Under the pieces are notes generated by a model, which saw only the letters and a list, made by a program, of their open reading frames with translations, had not been told where the DNA came from and did not search any database. From Eledone cirrhosa (lineage: Eukaryota): a stretch of DNA of 64,000 nt. The DNA is taken from assembly GCA_964016885.1 (NCBI GenBank), contig OZ024754.1:31806001-31870000 (forward strand), given 5' to 3'. Every line of letters begins with the position of its first letter. Position 1 is the stretch's first letter. Of the stretch, positions 1 to 15,127 are shown piece by piece. A program made the translations under genes and the position numbers.

Positions 1-3000
1 CCCATCATGTACCGTCATGTACCATCCACACTGTTCTGTCATGTACCATCCACACTGTACCGTCATGTACCACCCACACTGTACCGTCATGTACTACCCA
101 CACTGTACTGTCATGTACCACCCACACTGTACTGTCATCTACCACCCACACTGTGCTGTCATGTACCACCCATCATGTACCGTCATGTACCACCCACACT
201 GTACCGTCATGTACCATCCTCACTGTACTGTCATGTACCATCCATATTGTACTGTCATCTACCACCCACACTGTACCGTCATCTACCACCCACACTGTAC
301 TGTCATGTACCACCCCACTGTACCGTCATGTACCACCTCACTGTACAGTCATGTACCATCCACACTGTACCGTATGTACCACCCATACTGTGCTGTCATG
401 TACCACCCACACTGTACCGTCATGTACCATCCATACTGTACCGTCATGTACCACCCACACTGTACTGTCATGTACCATCCATACTGTACCGTCATGTACC
501 ACCCACACTGTACTGTCATGTACCATCCATACTGTACCGTCATGTACCACCCACACTGTACTGTCATGTACCATCCATACTGTACTGTCATCTACCACCC
601 ACACTGTACCGTCATGTACCACCCACACTGTACTGTCATGTACCACCACACTGTACCGTCATGCACCACCCCACTGTACCGTCATGTACCATCCACACTG
701 TACCGTATGTACCACCCACACTGTACCGTCATGTGCCATCCACACTGTACTGTCATGTACCACCCACACTGTACCGTCATGTACCATTCACACTGTACCG
801 TTATGTACCATCCAGACTGTACCGTCATGTCCCACCCACACTGTACTGTCATGTACCACCCACACTGTACCGTCATGTACCATTCACACTGTACCGTCAT
901 GTACCATCCAGACTGTACCGTCATGTACCACCCACACTGTACTGTCATGTACCACCCACACTGTACCGTCATGTACCATTCACACTCTACTGTCATGTAC
1001 CACCCACACTGCACCGTCATGTACCATTCACACTGTACCCTCATGTACCACCCACACTGTACTGTCATGTCCCACCCACACTGTACCGTCAAGAAACACC
1101 CACACTGTACTATCATGTACCACCCACACAGTACCGTCATGTACCATTCACACTGTACCGTCATGTACCACCCACACTGTACTGTCATGTCCCACCCACA
1201 CTGTACCGTCATGTACCACCCACACTGTACTGTCATGTACCACCCACACTGTACCGTCATGTACCATTCACACTGTACTGTCATGTACCATTCACACTGT
1301 ACTGTCATGTACCATCCACACTGTACTGTCATGTACCACCCACACTGTACCGTCATGTACCATCCACACTGTACTGTCATGTACCACCCACACTGTACTG
1401 TCATGTACCACCCACACTGTACTGTCATGTCCCACCCACACTGTACCGTCATGTACCACCCACACTGTACTGTCATGTACCACCCACACTGTACCGTCAT
1501 GTACCATTCCCACCGTACCGTCATGTACCACCCACATTGTACTGTCATGTCCCACCTACACTGTACTGTCATGTACCATCCACACTGTACTGCCATGTAC
1601 CACCCACACTGTACCGTCATGTACCGTCCACAATGTACCGTCATGTACCATCCACACTGTACTGTCATGTACTACCCGCACTGTACCGTCATGTACCATC
1701 TACACTGTACTGTCATGTACCACCCACACTGTACTGTGGGTTACCAATCACACTGTACTGTCATGTACCATCCACACTGTACCGTCATGTACCACCCAGA
1801 CTGTACTGTCATGTACCATCCATACTGTACCGTCATGCACCACCCACACTGTACCGTCATGCACCACCCACACTGTACCGTCATCTACCATCCACACTGT
1901 ACCGTCATGTACCATCCACACTGTACCGTCATGTACCATCCACACTGTACCGTCATGTACCACCCACATTGTACCGTCATGTACCACCCATCATGTACCG
2001 TCTTGTACCACCCACACTGTACTGTCATGTACCACCCACACTGTACCGTCATATACCACCCATCATGTACCGGCATGTACCATCCTCACTGTACCGTCAT
2101 GTACCACCCACACTGTACTGTCATGTACCATCCACACTGTACTGTAATGTCCCATCCACACTGTACTGTCATGTACCGTCCACACTGTACCGTCATGTAC
2201 CACCCATCATCATGTACCGTCATGTACCATCGACACTGTACTGTCATGTACCACCCATAATGTACCGTCATGTACCATCCACACTGTTCTGTCATGTACT
2301 ACCCACACTGTACTGTCATGTACCACCCACACTGTACCGTCATGTACCACCCAAACTGTACCGTCATGAACCACCCATCATGTACGTCATGTACCATCCA
2401 CACTGTACCGTCATGTACCACACACTGTACCGTCATGTACCACTCACACTGTACCGTCATGTACCACCCACACTGTACAGTCATGTCCCAACCACACTGT
2501 ACCGTCATGTACCATCCACACTGTACTGTCATGTACCATTCACACTGTACTGTCATGTACCATCCATACTGTACCGTCATGTACCACCCACACTGTACAG
2601 TCATGTACCACCCACACTGTACCGTCATGCACCACCCCACTGCACCGTCATGTACCATCCACACCGTACCGTCATGTACCACCCACACTGTACCGTCATG
2701 TGCCATCCACACTGTACCGTCATGTACCATCCACACTGTACCGTCATGTACCACCCACACTGTACCGTCATGTACCACCCACACTGTACCGTCATGTGCC
2801 ATCCACACTGTACCGTCATGTACCATCCACACTGTACCGTCATGTACCACACACTGTACCGTCATGTACCACTCACACTGTACCGTCATGTACCACCCAC
2901 ACTGTACAGTCATGTCCCAACCACACTGTACCGTCATGTACCATCCACACTGTACTGTCATGTACCATTCACACTGTACCGTCATGTACCATCCACACTG

Positions 3001-6000
3001 TACAGTCATGTACCACCCACACTGTACTGTCATGTACCACCCACACTGTACTGTGGGTTACCAATAACACTGTAATGTCATGTACCACCCACACTGTACC
3101 GTCATGCACCACCCACACTGTACCGTCATGTACCATCCACACTGTACTGTGGGTTACCAATCACACTGTACCGCCATGTACCATCCACACTGTACCGTCA
3201 TGTACCACCCACACTGTACCGTCATGTACCACCCACACTGTACTGTGGGTTACCAATCACACTGTACCGTCATGTACCATCCACACTGTACCGTCATGTA
3301 CCACCCACACTGTACCGTCATGTACCACCCACACTGTACCTTCATGTACCATCCACACTGTACTGTCATGTACCATCCACACTGTACTCTCATGTACCAC
3401 CCACACTGTACCGTCATGTACCACACACTGTACCGTCATGTACCACCCACACTGTACAGTCATGTCCCAACCACACTGTACCGTCATGTACCATCCACAC
3501 TGTACTGTCATATACCATCCAAAATGTACCGTCATGTACCATCCACACTGTACTGTCATGTACCATTCACACTGTACCGTCATGTACCACCCACAATGTA
3601 CTGTCATGTACCACCCACACTGTACTGTGGGTTACCAATAACACTGTACTGTCATGTACCACCCACACTGTACCGTCATGCACCACCCACATTGTACCGT
3701 CATGTACCACCCACACTGTACCTTCATGTACCATCCACACTGTACTGTCATGTACCACCCACACTGTACCGTCATGTACCATCCACACTGTACTGTGGGT
3801 TACCAATCACACTGTACCGCCATGTACCATCCACACGGTACCGTCATGCACCACCCACACTGTACCGTCATGTACCACCCACACTGTACTGTCATGTACC
3901 ACCCACACTGTACCGTCATGTACCATCCACACTGTACCGTCATGTACCACCCACACTGTACCGTCATGTACCACCCACACTGTACCTTCATGTACCATCC
4001 ACACTGTACTGTCATGCACCACCCACACTGTACCGTCATGTACCACCCACACTGTACCTTCATGTACCATCCACACTGTACCGTCATGTACCACCCACAC
4101 TGTACTGTCATTTATCACTCACACTGTACCGTCATGTACCACCCACACTGTACCGTCATGTACCACCCATCATGTACCGACATGTACCATCCTCACTGTA
4201 CCGTCATGTACCACCCACACTGTACTGTCATGTACCATCCACACTGTACTGTAATGTCCCATCCACACTGTACCGTCATGTACCGTCCACACTGTACCGT
4301 CATGTACCACCCAGACTGTACTGTCATGTACCACCCATCATGTACCGCCATGTACCATCCACACTGTACCGTCATGTACCACCCATCATGTACCGTCATG
4401 TACCATCCACACTGTTCTGTCATGTACCATCCACACGGTACCGTCATGTACCACCCACACTGTACCGTCATGTACTACCCACACTGTACTGTCATGTACC
4501 ACCCACACTGTACTGTCATCTACCACCCACACTGTGCTGTCATGTACCACCCATCATGTACCGTCATGTACCAGCCACACTGTACCGTCATGTACCACCC
4601 ATCATGTACCGTCATGTACCATCCACACTGTTCTGTCATGTACCATCCCCACTGTACTGTCATGTACCATACATATTGTACTGTCATCTACCACCCACAC
4701 TGTACCGTCATCTACCACCCACACTATACTGTCATGTACCACCCCACTGTACCGTCATGTACCACCCCACTGTACCGTCATGTACCATCCACACTGTACC
4801 GTATGTACCACCCACACTGTACTGTCATGTACCACCCACACTGTACCGTCACGTACCATCCATACTGTACCGTCATGTACCACCCACACTGTACTGTCAT
4901 GTACCATCCATACTGTACCGTCATGTACCACCCACACTGTACTGTCATGTACCATCCATACTGTACCGTCATGTACCACCCACACTGTACTGTTATGTAC
5001 CATCCATACTGTACTGTCATCTACCACCCACACTGTACCGTCATGTACCACCCACACTGTACTGTCATGTACCACCACACTGTACCGTCATGCACCACCC
5101 CACTGTACCCTCATGTACCATCCACACTGTACCGTATGTACCACCCACACTGTACCGTCATGTGCCATCCACACTGTACCGTCATGTACCGTCCACACTA
5201 TACTGTCAGGTCCCACCCACACTGTACCGTCATGTACCACCCACACTGTACTGTCATGTACCACCCACACTGTACCGTCATGTACCATTCACACTGTACC
5301 GTCACGTACCATCCAGACTGTACCGTCATGTCCCACCCACACTGTACTGTCATGTACCACCCACACTGTACCGTCATGTACCATTCACACTGTACCGTCA
5401 TGTACCATCCAGACTGTACCGTCATGTACCACCCACACTGTACTGTCATGTACCACCCACACTGTACCGTCATGTACCATTCACACTCTACTGTCATGTA
5501 CCACCCACACTGCACTGTCATGTACCATTCACACTGTACCCTCATGTACCACCCACACTGTACTGTCATGTCCCACCCACACTGTGCCGTCATGTACCAC
5601 CCACACTGTACTATCATGTACCACCCACACAGTACCGTCATGTACCATTCACACTGTACCGTCATGTACCACCCACACTGTACTGTCATGTCCCACCCAC
5701 ACTGTACCGTCATGTACCACCCACACTGTACTGTCATGTACCACCCACACTGTACCGTCATGTACCATTCACACTGTACTGTAATGTACCATTCACACTG
5801 TACTGTCATGTACCATCCACACTGTACTGTCATGTACCACCCACACTGTACCGTCATGTACCATCCACACTGTACTGTCATGTACCACCCACACTGTACT
5901 GTCATGTACCACCCACACTGTACTGTCATGTCCCACCCACACTGTACCGTCATGTACCACCCACACTGTACTGTCATGTACCACCCACACTGTGCCGTCA

Positions 6001-8790
6001 TGTACCATTCCCACCGTACCTTCATGTACCACCCACACTGTACTGTCATGTCCCACCCACACTGTCCTGTCATGTACCATCCACACTGTACTGTCATGTA
6101 CCACCTACACTGTACCGTCATGTACCATCCACAATGTACCGTCATGTACCATCCACACTGTACTGTCATGTACCACCCACACTGTACTGTCATGTACTAC
6201 CCACACTGTACCGTCATGTACCATCTACACTGTACTGTCATGTACCACCCACACTGTACTGTGGGTTACCAATCACACTGTACTGTCATGTACCACCCAC
6301 ACTGTACCGTCATGTACCATTCACACTGTACCGTCATGTACCATCCAGACTGTACCGTCATGTCCCACCCACACTGTACTGTCATGTACCACCCACACTG
6401 TACCGTCATGTACCATCCAGACTGTACCGTCATGTACCACCCACACTGTACTGTCATGTACCACCCACACTGTACCGTCATGTACCATTCACACTCTACT
6501 GTCATGTACCACCCACACTGCACCGTCATGTACCATTCACACTGTACCCTCATGTACCACCCACACTGTACTGTCATGTCCCACCCACACTGTACCGTCA
6601 TGTACCAGCCACACTGTACTATCATGTACCACCCACACAGTACCGTCATGTACCATTCACACTGTACCGTCATGTACCACCCACACTGTACTGTCATGTC
6701 CCACCCACACTGTACCGTCATGTACCACCCACACTGTACTGTCATGTACCACCCACACTGTACCGTCATGTACCATTCACACTGTACTGTCATGTACCAT
6801 TCACACTGTACTGTCATGTACCATCCACACTGTACTGTCATGTACCACCCACACTGTACCGTCATGTACCATCCACACTGTACTGTCATGTACCACCCAC
6901 ACTGTACTGTCATGTACCACCCACACTGTACTGTCATGTCCCACCCACACTGTACCGTCATGTACCACCCACACTATACTGTCATGTACCACCCACACTG
7001 TACCGTCATGTACCATTCCCACCGTACCTTCATGTACCACCCACACTGTACTGTCATGTCCCACCCACACTGTACTGTCATGTACCATCCACACTGTACT
7101 GTCATGTACCACCTACACTGTACCGTCATGTACCATCCACAATGTACCGTCATGTACCATCCACACTGTACTGTCATGTACCACCCACACTGTACTGTCA
7201 TGTACTACCCACACTGTACCGTCATGTACCATCTACACTGTACTGTCATGTACCACCCACACTGTACTGTGGGTTACCAATCACACTGTACTGTCATGTA
7301 CCATCCACACTGTACCGTCATGTACCACCCAGACTGTACTGTCATGTACCATCCACACTGTACCGTCATGCACCACCCACACTGTACCGTCATGCACCAC
7401 CCACACTGTACCGTCATCTACCATCCACACTGTACCGTCACGTACCACCCACATTGTACCGTCATGTACCACCCATCATGTACCGTCATGTACCACCCAC
7501 ACTGTACTGCCATGTACCACCAACACTGTACCGTCATATACCACCCATCATGTACCGGCATGTACCATCCTCACTGTACTGTCATGTACCACCCACACTG
7601 TACTGTCATGTACCATCCACACTGTACTGTAATGTCCCATCCACACTGTACTGTCATGTACCGTCCACACTGTACCGTCATGTACCACCCATCATCATGT
7701 ACCGTCATGTACCATCGACACTGTACTGTCATGTACCACCCATAATGTACCGTCATGTACCATCCACACTGTTCTGTCATGTACTACCCACACTGTACTG
7801 TCATGTACCACCCACACTGTACCGTCATGTACCACCCAAACTGTACTGTCATGAACCACCCATCATGTACTGTCATGTACCATTCACACTGTACTGTCAT
7901 GTACCATTCACACTGTACCGTCCTGTACCACCCACACTGTACCGTCATGTACCACCCACCATGTACGTCATGTACCATCCACACTGTACCGTCATATACC
8001 ACACAGCTTGTACCGTCATGTACCACCCACTCTGTACTGTCATGTCCCACCCACACTGTACCGTCATGTACCACCCACACTGTACTGTCATGTACCACCC
8101 ACACTGTACCGTCATGCACCACCCCACTGCACCGTCATGTACCATCCACACTGTACCGTCATGTACCACCCACACTGTACCGTTATGTGCCATCCACACT
8201 GTACCGTCATGTACCATCCACACTGTACCGTCATGTACCACCCACACTGTACCGTCATGTACCACCCACACTGTACCGTCATGTACCATCCACACTGTAC
8301 CGTCATTTACCACACACTGTACCGTCATGTACCACTCACACTGTACCGTCATGTACCACCCACACTGTACAGTCATGTCCCACCCACACTGTACCGTCAT
8401 GTACCATCCACACTGTACTGTCATGTACCATCCAAAATGTACCGTCATGTACCATCCACACTGTACTGTCATGTACCACCCACACTGTACTGTCATGTAC
8501 CACCCACACTGTACCGTAATGTACCATTCACACTGTACTGTCATGTACCACCCACACTGTACCGTCATGTACCACCCACACTCTACCGTCATGTACCATG
8601 CACACTGTACCGTCATGTACCATGCACACTGTACCGCCATGTACCACCCACGCTGTACTGTAATGTCCCATCCATACTGTACCGTCATGTACCACCCACA
8701 CTGTACCGTCATCTACCACCCACACTGTACCCTCATGTACCACCCACACTGTACCGTCATGTACCACCCACACTGTACCGTCATGTACCG
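1..8790. repeat. 24-bp tandem satellite (consensus CATGTACCAYCCACACTGTACYGT), roughly 365 units, runs off the left edge of the window
   Basis: Unit read directly. The 8-aa periodicity of the ORF track (HVPPTLYR / MYHPHCTV / SCTTHTVP) equals 24 nt. The array ends abruptly at about 8790 (…gtcatgtaccg|tctttattg). Confidence 0.97.
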
Positions 8791-8929
8791 TCTTTATTGT
8801 CCTCTTTATGTAAACCCTGTCTTTCTCATAAAGAAACCATTATTATTACCACGCACACATACACACAGTCTGTGCTGTTATAATGTTTTTCTTTATTTAA
8901 ACCCTTTGTAGTTAATAAAGGAATCTTAG

Positions 8930-9368
8930 TAGTATCGGTAGAGCGCCGGAAACCCTGCTTTGCAGCATAGAATTACGGACCTTCACGATCTGAGTTCAAA
9001 TCCCGCCAAAGTTAGCTTTGTCTTTCATCCTTACGGGGTCGATAAAATAAAGCACCAGTAACGTACTGGGGTCGATTTAATCGACTTTCCCTTCTCTTCA
9101 AATTGCTGGCCTTGTGCCTGAAGTAAAAACAATTATTAAAAGGTCGGTGGATTGGCAGTATCGGTAGAGCGTCTGACGCCATGCTTCGCGACATAGAGCT
9201 ATGGCCCTTTACGTCCCAAATTCAAATCCCGCCGAGGTTAGCTTTGCCTTTCATCCTTAAGAGATCGATAAAATAAAGCACCAGTAATGCAGTGGAGTCG
9301 ATTTAATCGACTTTCCCCTTGCCCCCACAAAAATTTGCTGGCCTTTTGCCAAGATTAGAAACCATTAT
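8930..9368 (+). mobile_element. Two tandem tRNA-derived SINE copies (Deu/Nin-like central domain, subfamily with GTCGATTTAATCGAC hairpin)
   Basis: A-box-like TGGCAGTATCGGTAGA, B-box GAGTTCAAATCC, core GCCTTTCATCCTT..GGGGTCGATAAAATAAAG.ACCAG and tail GCTGGCCTTGTGCC. The same family recurs about 12 times in the window. Confidence 0.85.
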
Positions 9369-11095
9369 TTTGCCTACGAAAAGGTAATGCAATGTGCGTC
9401 TCTTGTAGTAATGGCGGGGTTTTGCTCATATTGACTTTGTAATAGAATACTCTGTACCATTAAATGTAAACAAATGTCTATAGAATCACTTGGTGCAAAG
9501 GAAATGTGGCACACTCGCACACACACACGCACACATATATGTGTGTGTGGGGAGGGGGGTGTTTAGAAATGCTAACAGTAAAAATAGTACTCTATAGTTT
9601 ATTTATTAAGTGGAATTTATACAAAATCTCAAGTAGGTTTACTACTGAGAAACTAAGAGGCGGCCGTAACTGCTAAACTAATAGAGCTCCATATGGTTAT
9701 CTTCTACTCAAGTCGTATCCGATTCACTTGCTTCTGCAATATCTGTAAATGTGTATTTGTAACAGCAATTCACCACGTCTACAACCAAATGAGGCACAAA
9801 TCCCTAGCCATGCACAACACAACATATACCCATGCACAGTATTTTCACTGGGTATATGTTGTTGTTATTCTCTGTTCAAAGCCCTTTCAAAACTAAATTA
9901 ATATGGGCCACTCAGAAGGCGATAAAAGAGTTTTGTCAGGTCGCTTTGTGTAACGATTATCGGTGTCACCTGGCATAAGACAGATTCGTGGTTTGATTTC
10001 CATAGTCATCAACACTTCAAAATTGAATATTTAATTTTGCACACACACATACACACACACACACACACTTACACACAACACTATAGAAGCACGCTTATTT
10101 TTGCATCACACACACACACACATAAACATATATATATATATATATATCCATACACACATCCAATTAACACACCCAGCGCAAACACTATACACGCACGCCC
10201 TCAGTTACGCTAGTAAAACAACACCAATACAACTGTTGCATCCCCCTCCCAAAAAAACAAACATACACATATGAACACATCGAACATATTTGCCCGATAA
10301 AGATGCATAACAAATAACATACAATGTCATATATACACATTGAACCCAAAACATTTCTGTACCCACACATGCAGACACCCGTCTTATACGCCGCACCAAG
10401 TACACATAAACAACTCTGCAATCTTTACCAATAACAAGAGCATTCACTCACACGCAAGCACACACATACACATACAATTTTATACATGAACATAGGCACT
10501 TAAGCTTTAGAATAATTCACAAATACACGTAAATACACACATACGCCCGTCAAACAAAAACACAAAAGCATTTTAGCCAGATCTGACGACCTCTAAAAAC
10601 CCAAATGCGGAGTACCAAAAAAAAAAAAAAAAAAAAAAAAAAATGCCCCCAAACGGGGCGAAATGAGGCAAAATAGGGAGATTTTACATAATGAAAGCTA
10701 TAGCCATTTTCGTAAGAGAAGACATCTCTCACCTACCCTAAAGTGGGTGGGAGATCTCCCCGGCGGACGGGGAGAGTCGACAGGGTTGTTTTAGTACAAG
10801 ATTTGTAAGAGTGTGTTTACAATCACTAAGTAGAATATTTGGTGCTTTCATCGGTGAAAGATTTTAATTCAAAGCTACAACGTTGCAATATTTTAATATG
10901 TGCAGCAACATGTTGATGTCTGTGGCAATATTTCACGCTACTGCATTGTATTGTAATATTTTGATGTGCATGACATTAGTTAGGAGCAATAATTGATGTG
11001 TGACACTATTTCAAGCCACCGCATTGCATCGCAACATTCTGAAATGTGTTTAGTGGTTCCTCTTATTTTTATACTCTTTATATGTGACTGTGTGT

Positions 11096-11215
11096 AGGCG
11101 CGTGGCTGTGAATGGTTAGGGAATTGGATTCGCAATCGTGAGGTTGTGATTTCGATTCCCAGGCCGGGCGATGCGCTATGACCTTCAGCATGACACTTTA
11201 TTTCACGTTGCTCCC
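11096..11215 (+). mobile_element. tRNA-derived SINE, second family (5' part)
   Basis: tRNA-like head GCGTGGCTGTGAATGGTTAGG…TTCGATTCCC followed by GACACTTTATTTCACGTTGCTCC. Related reverse copies lie at about 11940-12058 and 14970-15083. Confidence 0.65.
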
Positions 11216-12072
11216 TTTGCCTGGATTTGCGACCGGCAGATAGTATTAGCAATTTGAAACATTGTTTCCTCGGTCCGATTTGACGAGCTCCATCCCACTA
11301 GTTAAGCGAATGACGTCTGGGATCTTGTCACTCGACTATCGTCGATATGTGGCTGTTATTGAAATGAAGAGAAAAACGACGTCCGAACGAGTATCCTCCA
11401 CTTCCAACTAACTTACCCTCCACCTCTGGGTCTCGACCGACAGGGTGGAGAATACATTGCCCCGGAGGTCTGCGAGGGAGACGCTCTGGAACAACAACTA
11501 CACCTCGCGGGACTCGCACCAGCGGGCGGCGAACTCCTCGCCGACTTTAGTGCAACAGCACTCACTCCCATACTTCCCACAACAAAAGCAACAAGCCGGC
11601 AACAACCGTTGGCACCAAGCTTGGAGTATCGGCGGGAAAGTTAGTTACTATGGTGATATCTATCTATCTTTCACATAGTCCCCCCCCTCTCTCTCTCCCT
11701 CTCTCTGTATTTCTCTGTAATAGTTTTGGTGTATGAACATTTCGGGTGGCGAACGGCCTTCAGGAACAAATTAAATTCGCGAACCGGGGTCCCACTGTAA
11801 AAATGTAGTTATTTAGTCTGTCTCAGGCCCGGAGGTTCACCAGGCAGGTGTTTATCCCAGTTTGCATGGCGTTAAGTACAATACTTCCCCTGGACAGAAT
11901 GCTAGTCCATCGCAGGGTTAAACTCCTAGTTGAGTATATTGGAGCAATGTGAAATGAAGCGTTTTGCTCAAAAACACAACACACAACCCAGTCCAGGAAT
12001 TGAACCCACAACTTTATAGTCATAAGTCCAACATCTTTACCACTAAGCCATGCGCTTCTATGTTATTTAGAT

Positions 12073-12203
12073 AATTGTTTCTACTTTTGGCACAAGGCCA
12101 GCAATTACCCCAGTGCATTACTGGTGTTTTATTTTATCGACACTGTAAGGCAAAGTTAACCTCAGCGGGATTTGAATTCAGACCATAAAGGGCCGTAACT
12201 CTA
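12073..12203 (-). mobile_element. Partial tRNA-derived SINE (main family)
   Basis: Reverse-complement match to the 8930 family (GGCACAAGGCCAGCAATTACCC…GGCAAAGTTAACCTC..CGGGATTTGAA). The head is replaced by a (GT/AT) microsatellite. Confidence 0.8.
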
Positions 12204-12469
12204 TGTGTATGTGTGTGCAAAGTATGTGTATGTGTACGTGTGTGTATGTATGTGTACGTGTGTATGTGTATGTGCGTGTATGTGTGTGTGTATGTATGTG
12301 TGTGTGTGTTTATGTACTTGTGTGTATTTATGTACGTGTGTATGTGTGTGTGCGCGTGTGTGCGTGCGTGAATGTGTACGTGCGTGTACGTGTGTGTATG
12401 TATGTTAGTACGTGGGTGTTTGTGTTTTAGGTTCACAAACAAATCCACAAACAGACAGAAATTGCCTTT

Positions 12470-12501
<32 letters not shown>

Positions 12502-12813
12502 CGCAAGATGTATGGTAGGTCGTATGTGAATCGCGATGATCACGTCTGACCTACCAAATATGTGACGGTAGCTAGTTAAGCTCTATGCGTGTAAGCAGAG
12601 CAGAAATATTAGTGAAAAAGAACAAAGGAACTATTATGACATTATAACGAGTTTATTGCCGACAGCCGTTTCGTCCGACCATATAAATTATATATATATG
12701 GTGGCTGCCAACTCGTTTTCGAGTACGGCCACTACTTTATATTCATGTATGTATATATATATATACATACATACATACATATATATATTTATATAATATA
12801 TATATCTATCTAT

Positions 12814-13175
12814 CTAGGGCGGGTAAAATTCCCGAGATCCATGGACGAGTTCTCTCCAGCGGTCTCTGTCCCCCATTATCGCTGCCATGTCCTGCGTCTC
12901 CAACAGACCAGTGTCTGTCCTTAGGGCATCAACATACGTTAACCTTGGTCTTCCCCTTCCAGTGTGTCCATGCAGGGGCTCCCACAGGAGCACTGAGTGC
13001 AGTGTCAATTCTGGATGTCGGTGAGCATGTCCAGCTAACCTCAGTATCCTCTGTGTCACTTTTGAGTTCACTTTTGGGAGGCTCTCATACAGCTCTGAGT
13101 TCTTCATCCTCAGTGTATACTGATTAATGTTCAGAGCTATCCTCAGCATTCTCGTGTAGCACCCATCCACCTTCT
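12814..13175 (-). mobile_element. 3' fragment of an RTE-clade LINE ORF
   Basis: Translation LDGCYTRMLR…RLRLAGH.HRH…LLWEP..G..GRGRPRLTYVD.L..D…M.DRD.WR matches the typical RTE-type C-terminus. It is followed on its strand by an (ATAG)/(AT) microsatellite tail. Confidence 0.85.
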
Positions 13176-13533
13176 GAGTCCTGGGTATGACATTAAACTA
13201 CATCCAGTGGCAAGGCTCCAGTTCGGGAGTTCAGGGGATGTGGGGAATGTGGAGTTACCCCTTAGTTGTCATAACTCCCAGGTCTGCTCTGGCCCGGAGT
13301 AGTAGTATTTGTTAGGGTCCCATTTATGGGTTAAATAATTACCTTATTCGAGTGGCGCCGGTAAGGTATTGTCAGCCATTGAAAAGAAATATGGAGAGTC
13401 TATCTAACATCACTAGGGTTAGAGCCCCTAACTACACTGTCAAGGAGCAGTCTGGTCGTTATGATTCTGCTGGCTTAGAGCCACAGGGAGGGCCAGTGGA
13501 TGATGGACCAGCTGTCTCTGAGACAAATATAAA

Positions 13534-13603
<70 letters not shown>

Positions 13604-13744
13604 AGTAGGATTTCGCTTCAAGCATAGCTTTATACAAATATGTATAAATATTTCGTATCTCCAAAGAAATACGTTTTTAGGAAGCCGTAGTTATGCAAAC
13701 ACCGGGGCGCCAACGCCTTCTGGTGCTGTCCAGCAGAAGCAAGG

Positions 13745-13797
13745 GGGACAACCGTCTATGCATTTCAGGCTTAACTGCCCATCGTCAGCACGGTCCC
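13745..13797 (-). ncRNA. Type I hammerhead ribozyme motif (minimal stem III)
   Basis: Minus strand reads gggaccgtg-CTGACGA-tgggcagttaagcct-GAAA-tgca-TA-gacggttgtccc. Confidence 0.7.
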
Positions 13798-14166
13798 TCC
13801 CACCGCTTGCGACTGCTGGACTAGAAGACAGGCGAGAATATATAGTTTTCTCGTCTGTGTAAATGAGGTGATTAATCTCATTTGCATATGAAGCTGCATA
13901 AGTTGGCTCAACTTATAATAGAAAAGAAATAGGATTTCGCTTCAAGCATAGCTTCATACAATATGTATAAATATTTCGTATCTCCAAAGAAATACGGTTT
14001 TAGGAAGCCGTAGCTATGCAAACACCGGGGTGGGGGGGGGGGGGGGGGGCTGACGCCCTCTTGTGATGTCCAGCAGAAGCAAGAGGAATTAATCACCTCA
14101 TTTACACAGATGAGAAAACTATATATTCTCGCCTGTCTTCTAGTCCAGCAGTCGCAAGCGGTGGGA

Positions 14167-14220
14167 GGGACCGTCCTGACGATGGCCAGTTAAGCCTGAA
14201 ATGCATAGACAGTTGTCCCC
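14167..14220 (+). ncRNA. Type I hammerhead ribozyme motif (minimal, palindromic TGCA loop III)
   Basis: gtc-CTGACGA(14176-82)-tggc cagttaa gcct-GAAA(14198-201)-tgca-TA-gac. Stem I gtc/gac is extendable with ggga/tccc. Confidence 0.8.
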
Positions 14221-14297
14221 CTTGCTTCTGCTGGACATCACCAGAAGGCGTTAGCCCCCCGGTGTTTGCATAGCTAAAAAAAAAAAAAAGAATCACC

Positions 14298-14420
14298 TCA
14301 ATTGTAGTTGGTGTTCTGAATAATCTAATTTTATAATTTTATAATTTTGCTAACGCGATCTACATACTAAAATTGAAAAATTATAAAATTAAATTATTTA
14401 GAACACCAACTACAATTGAA
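14298..14420. repeat. Fold-back palindrome with about 40-50 bp arms
   Basis: TCAATTGTAGTTGGTGTTCT…AATTTTATAATTTT versus AAAATTATAAAATT…AGAACACCAACTACAATTGA. Confidence 0.8.
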
Positions 14421-14669
14421 GTCATTTTTCTCTTTTTTCATATATATATATATACATCTGAGTGTCCCGAATCTTCCAGATCGCAATTTTTCGGTCGTAT
14501 GGCTGATTATAGACTTGTTCTATGTGTGACGGTATTTTAACGATAGTTATAGCTCTGATTTATCTAAATTATTGAGCCCTCTGCCGCTCATATCGAATTT
14601 TGTTTATCGTGAACTCGTGCGCCGATTTTTCGATACTCGATTATTCCACTATATATATATGTATATATA

Positions 14670-14700
<31 letters not shown>

Positions 14701-14965
14701 GATTCAGGACCCCGACGGCTGAGCTCCGGCCGTTTCGACGGCTAGATCCGAACTAAGTCATCACTATTGGTGAGAACGGCGGGAATCTAGCTGAACTTAT
14801 AAGGGTTACAGTCCATATATGGGCATCGCCATTCTCATACTGGTGGCTTAGTTCGGATCTAGCTGTCGAAACGGCCGGAGCTCAGCCGTCGGGGTCCTGA
14901 ATCTTTTCATGTGTTTCCATTGGTCTTTCCAATTGCTAATACTCTCCATTGGTCGCAACTCCAGG
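14701..14965 (+). mobile_element. Fold-back element carrying the 3' half of a hammerhead (family B, divergent member)
   Basis: Inverted arms 14701-14757 / 14848-14903. The right arm has GAAA-cggc cggagctca gccg-TC-ggggtcc. It begins at a (TA)n tract. Confidence 0.7.
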
Positions 14966-15096
14966 TAGAAGGAGCAACGTGAAATAAAGTGTCTAAGGAC
15001 ATAACGCATCCCTGTCCGGAAATCGAACTCACGACCTCACGATTGCGAATCTAATTCTCTAACCACTTAGCTAAGTGCCTTCACAATATATAGATA

Positions 15097-15127
<31 letters not shown>

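Larger units (their letters stand above)
13600..14275. mobile_element. Non-coding Penelope-like pLTR composite: unit + partial direct repeat + inverted segment
   Basis: 13921-14083 directly repeats 13600-13743. 14090-14275 is the reverse complement of about 13688-13875. It starts at a (TA)n tract and contains HHR motifs. Confidence 0.75.

Noticed and set aside
7-8911. Very long His/Cys/Pro-rich ORFs (up to 1943 aa) in all three forward frames
   Set aside because: The 24-nt unit has no stop in these frames. The peptides swap frames at indels and no frame is preferentially preserved, so this is a satellite artefact and not a metal-binding protein.
11240-11660. GC-rich stretch that might be an exon or LINE ORF1 start
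   Set aside because: No recognisable protein motif in any frame and no clear splice signals, so no call can be supported.
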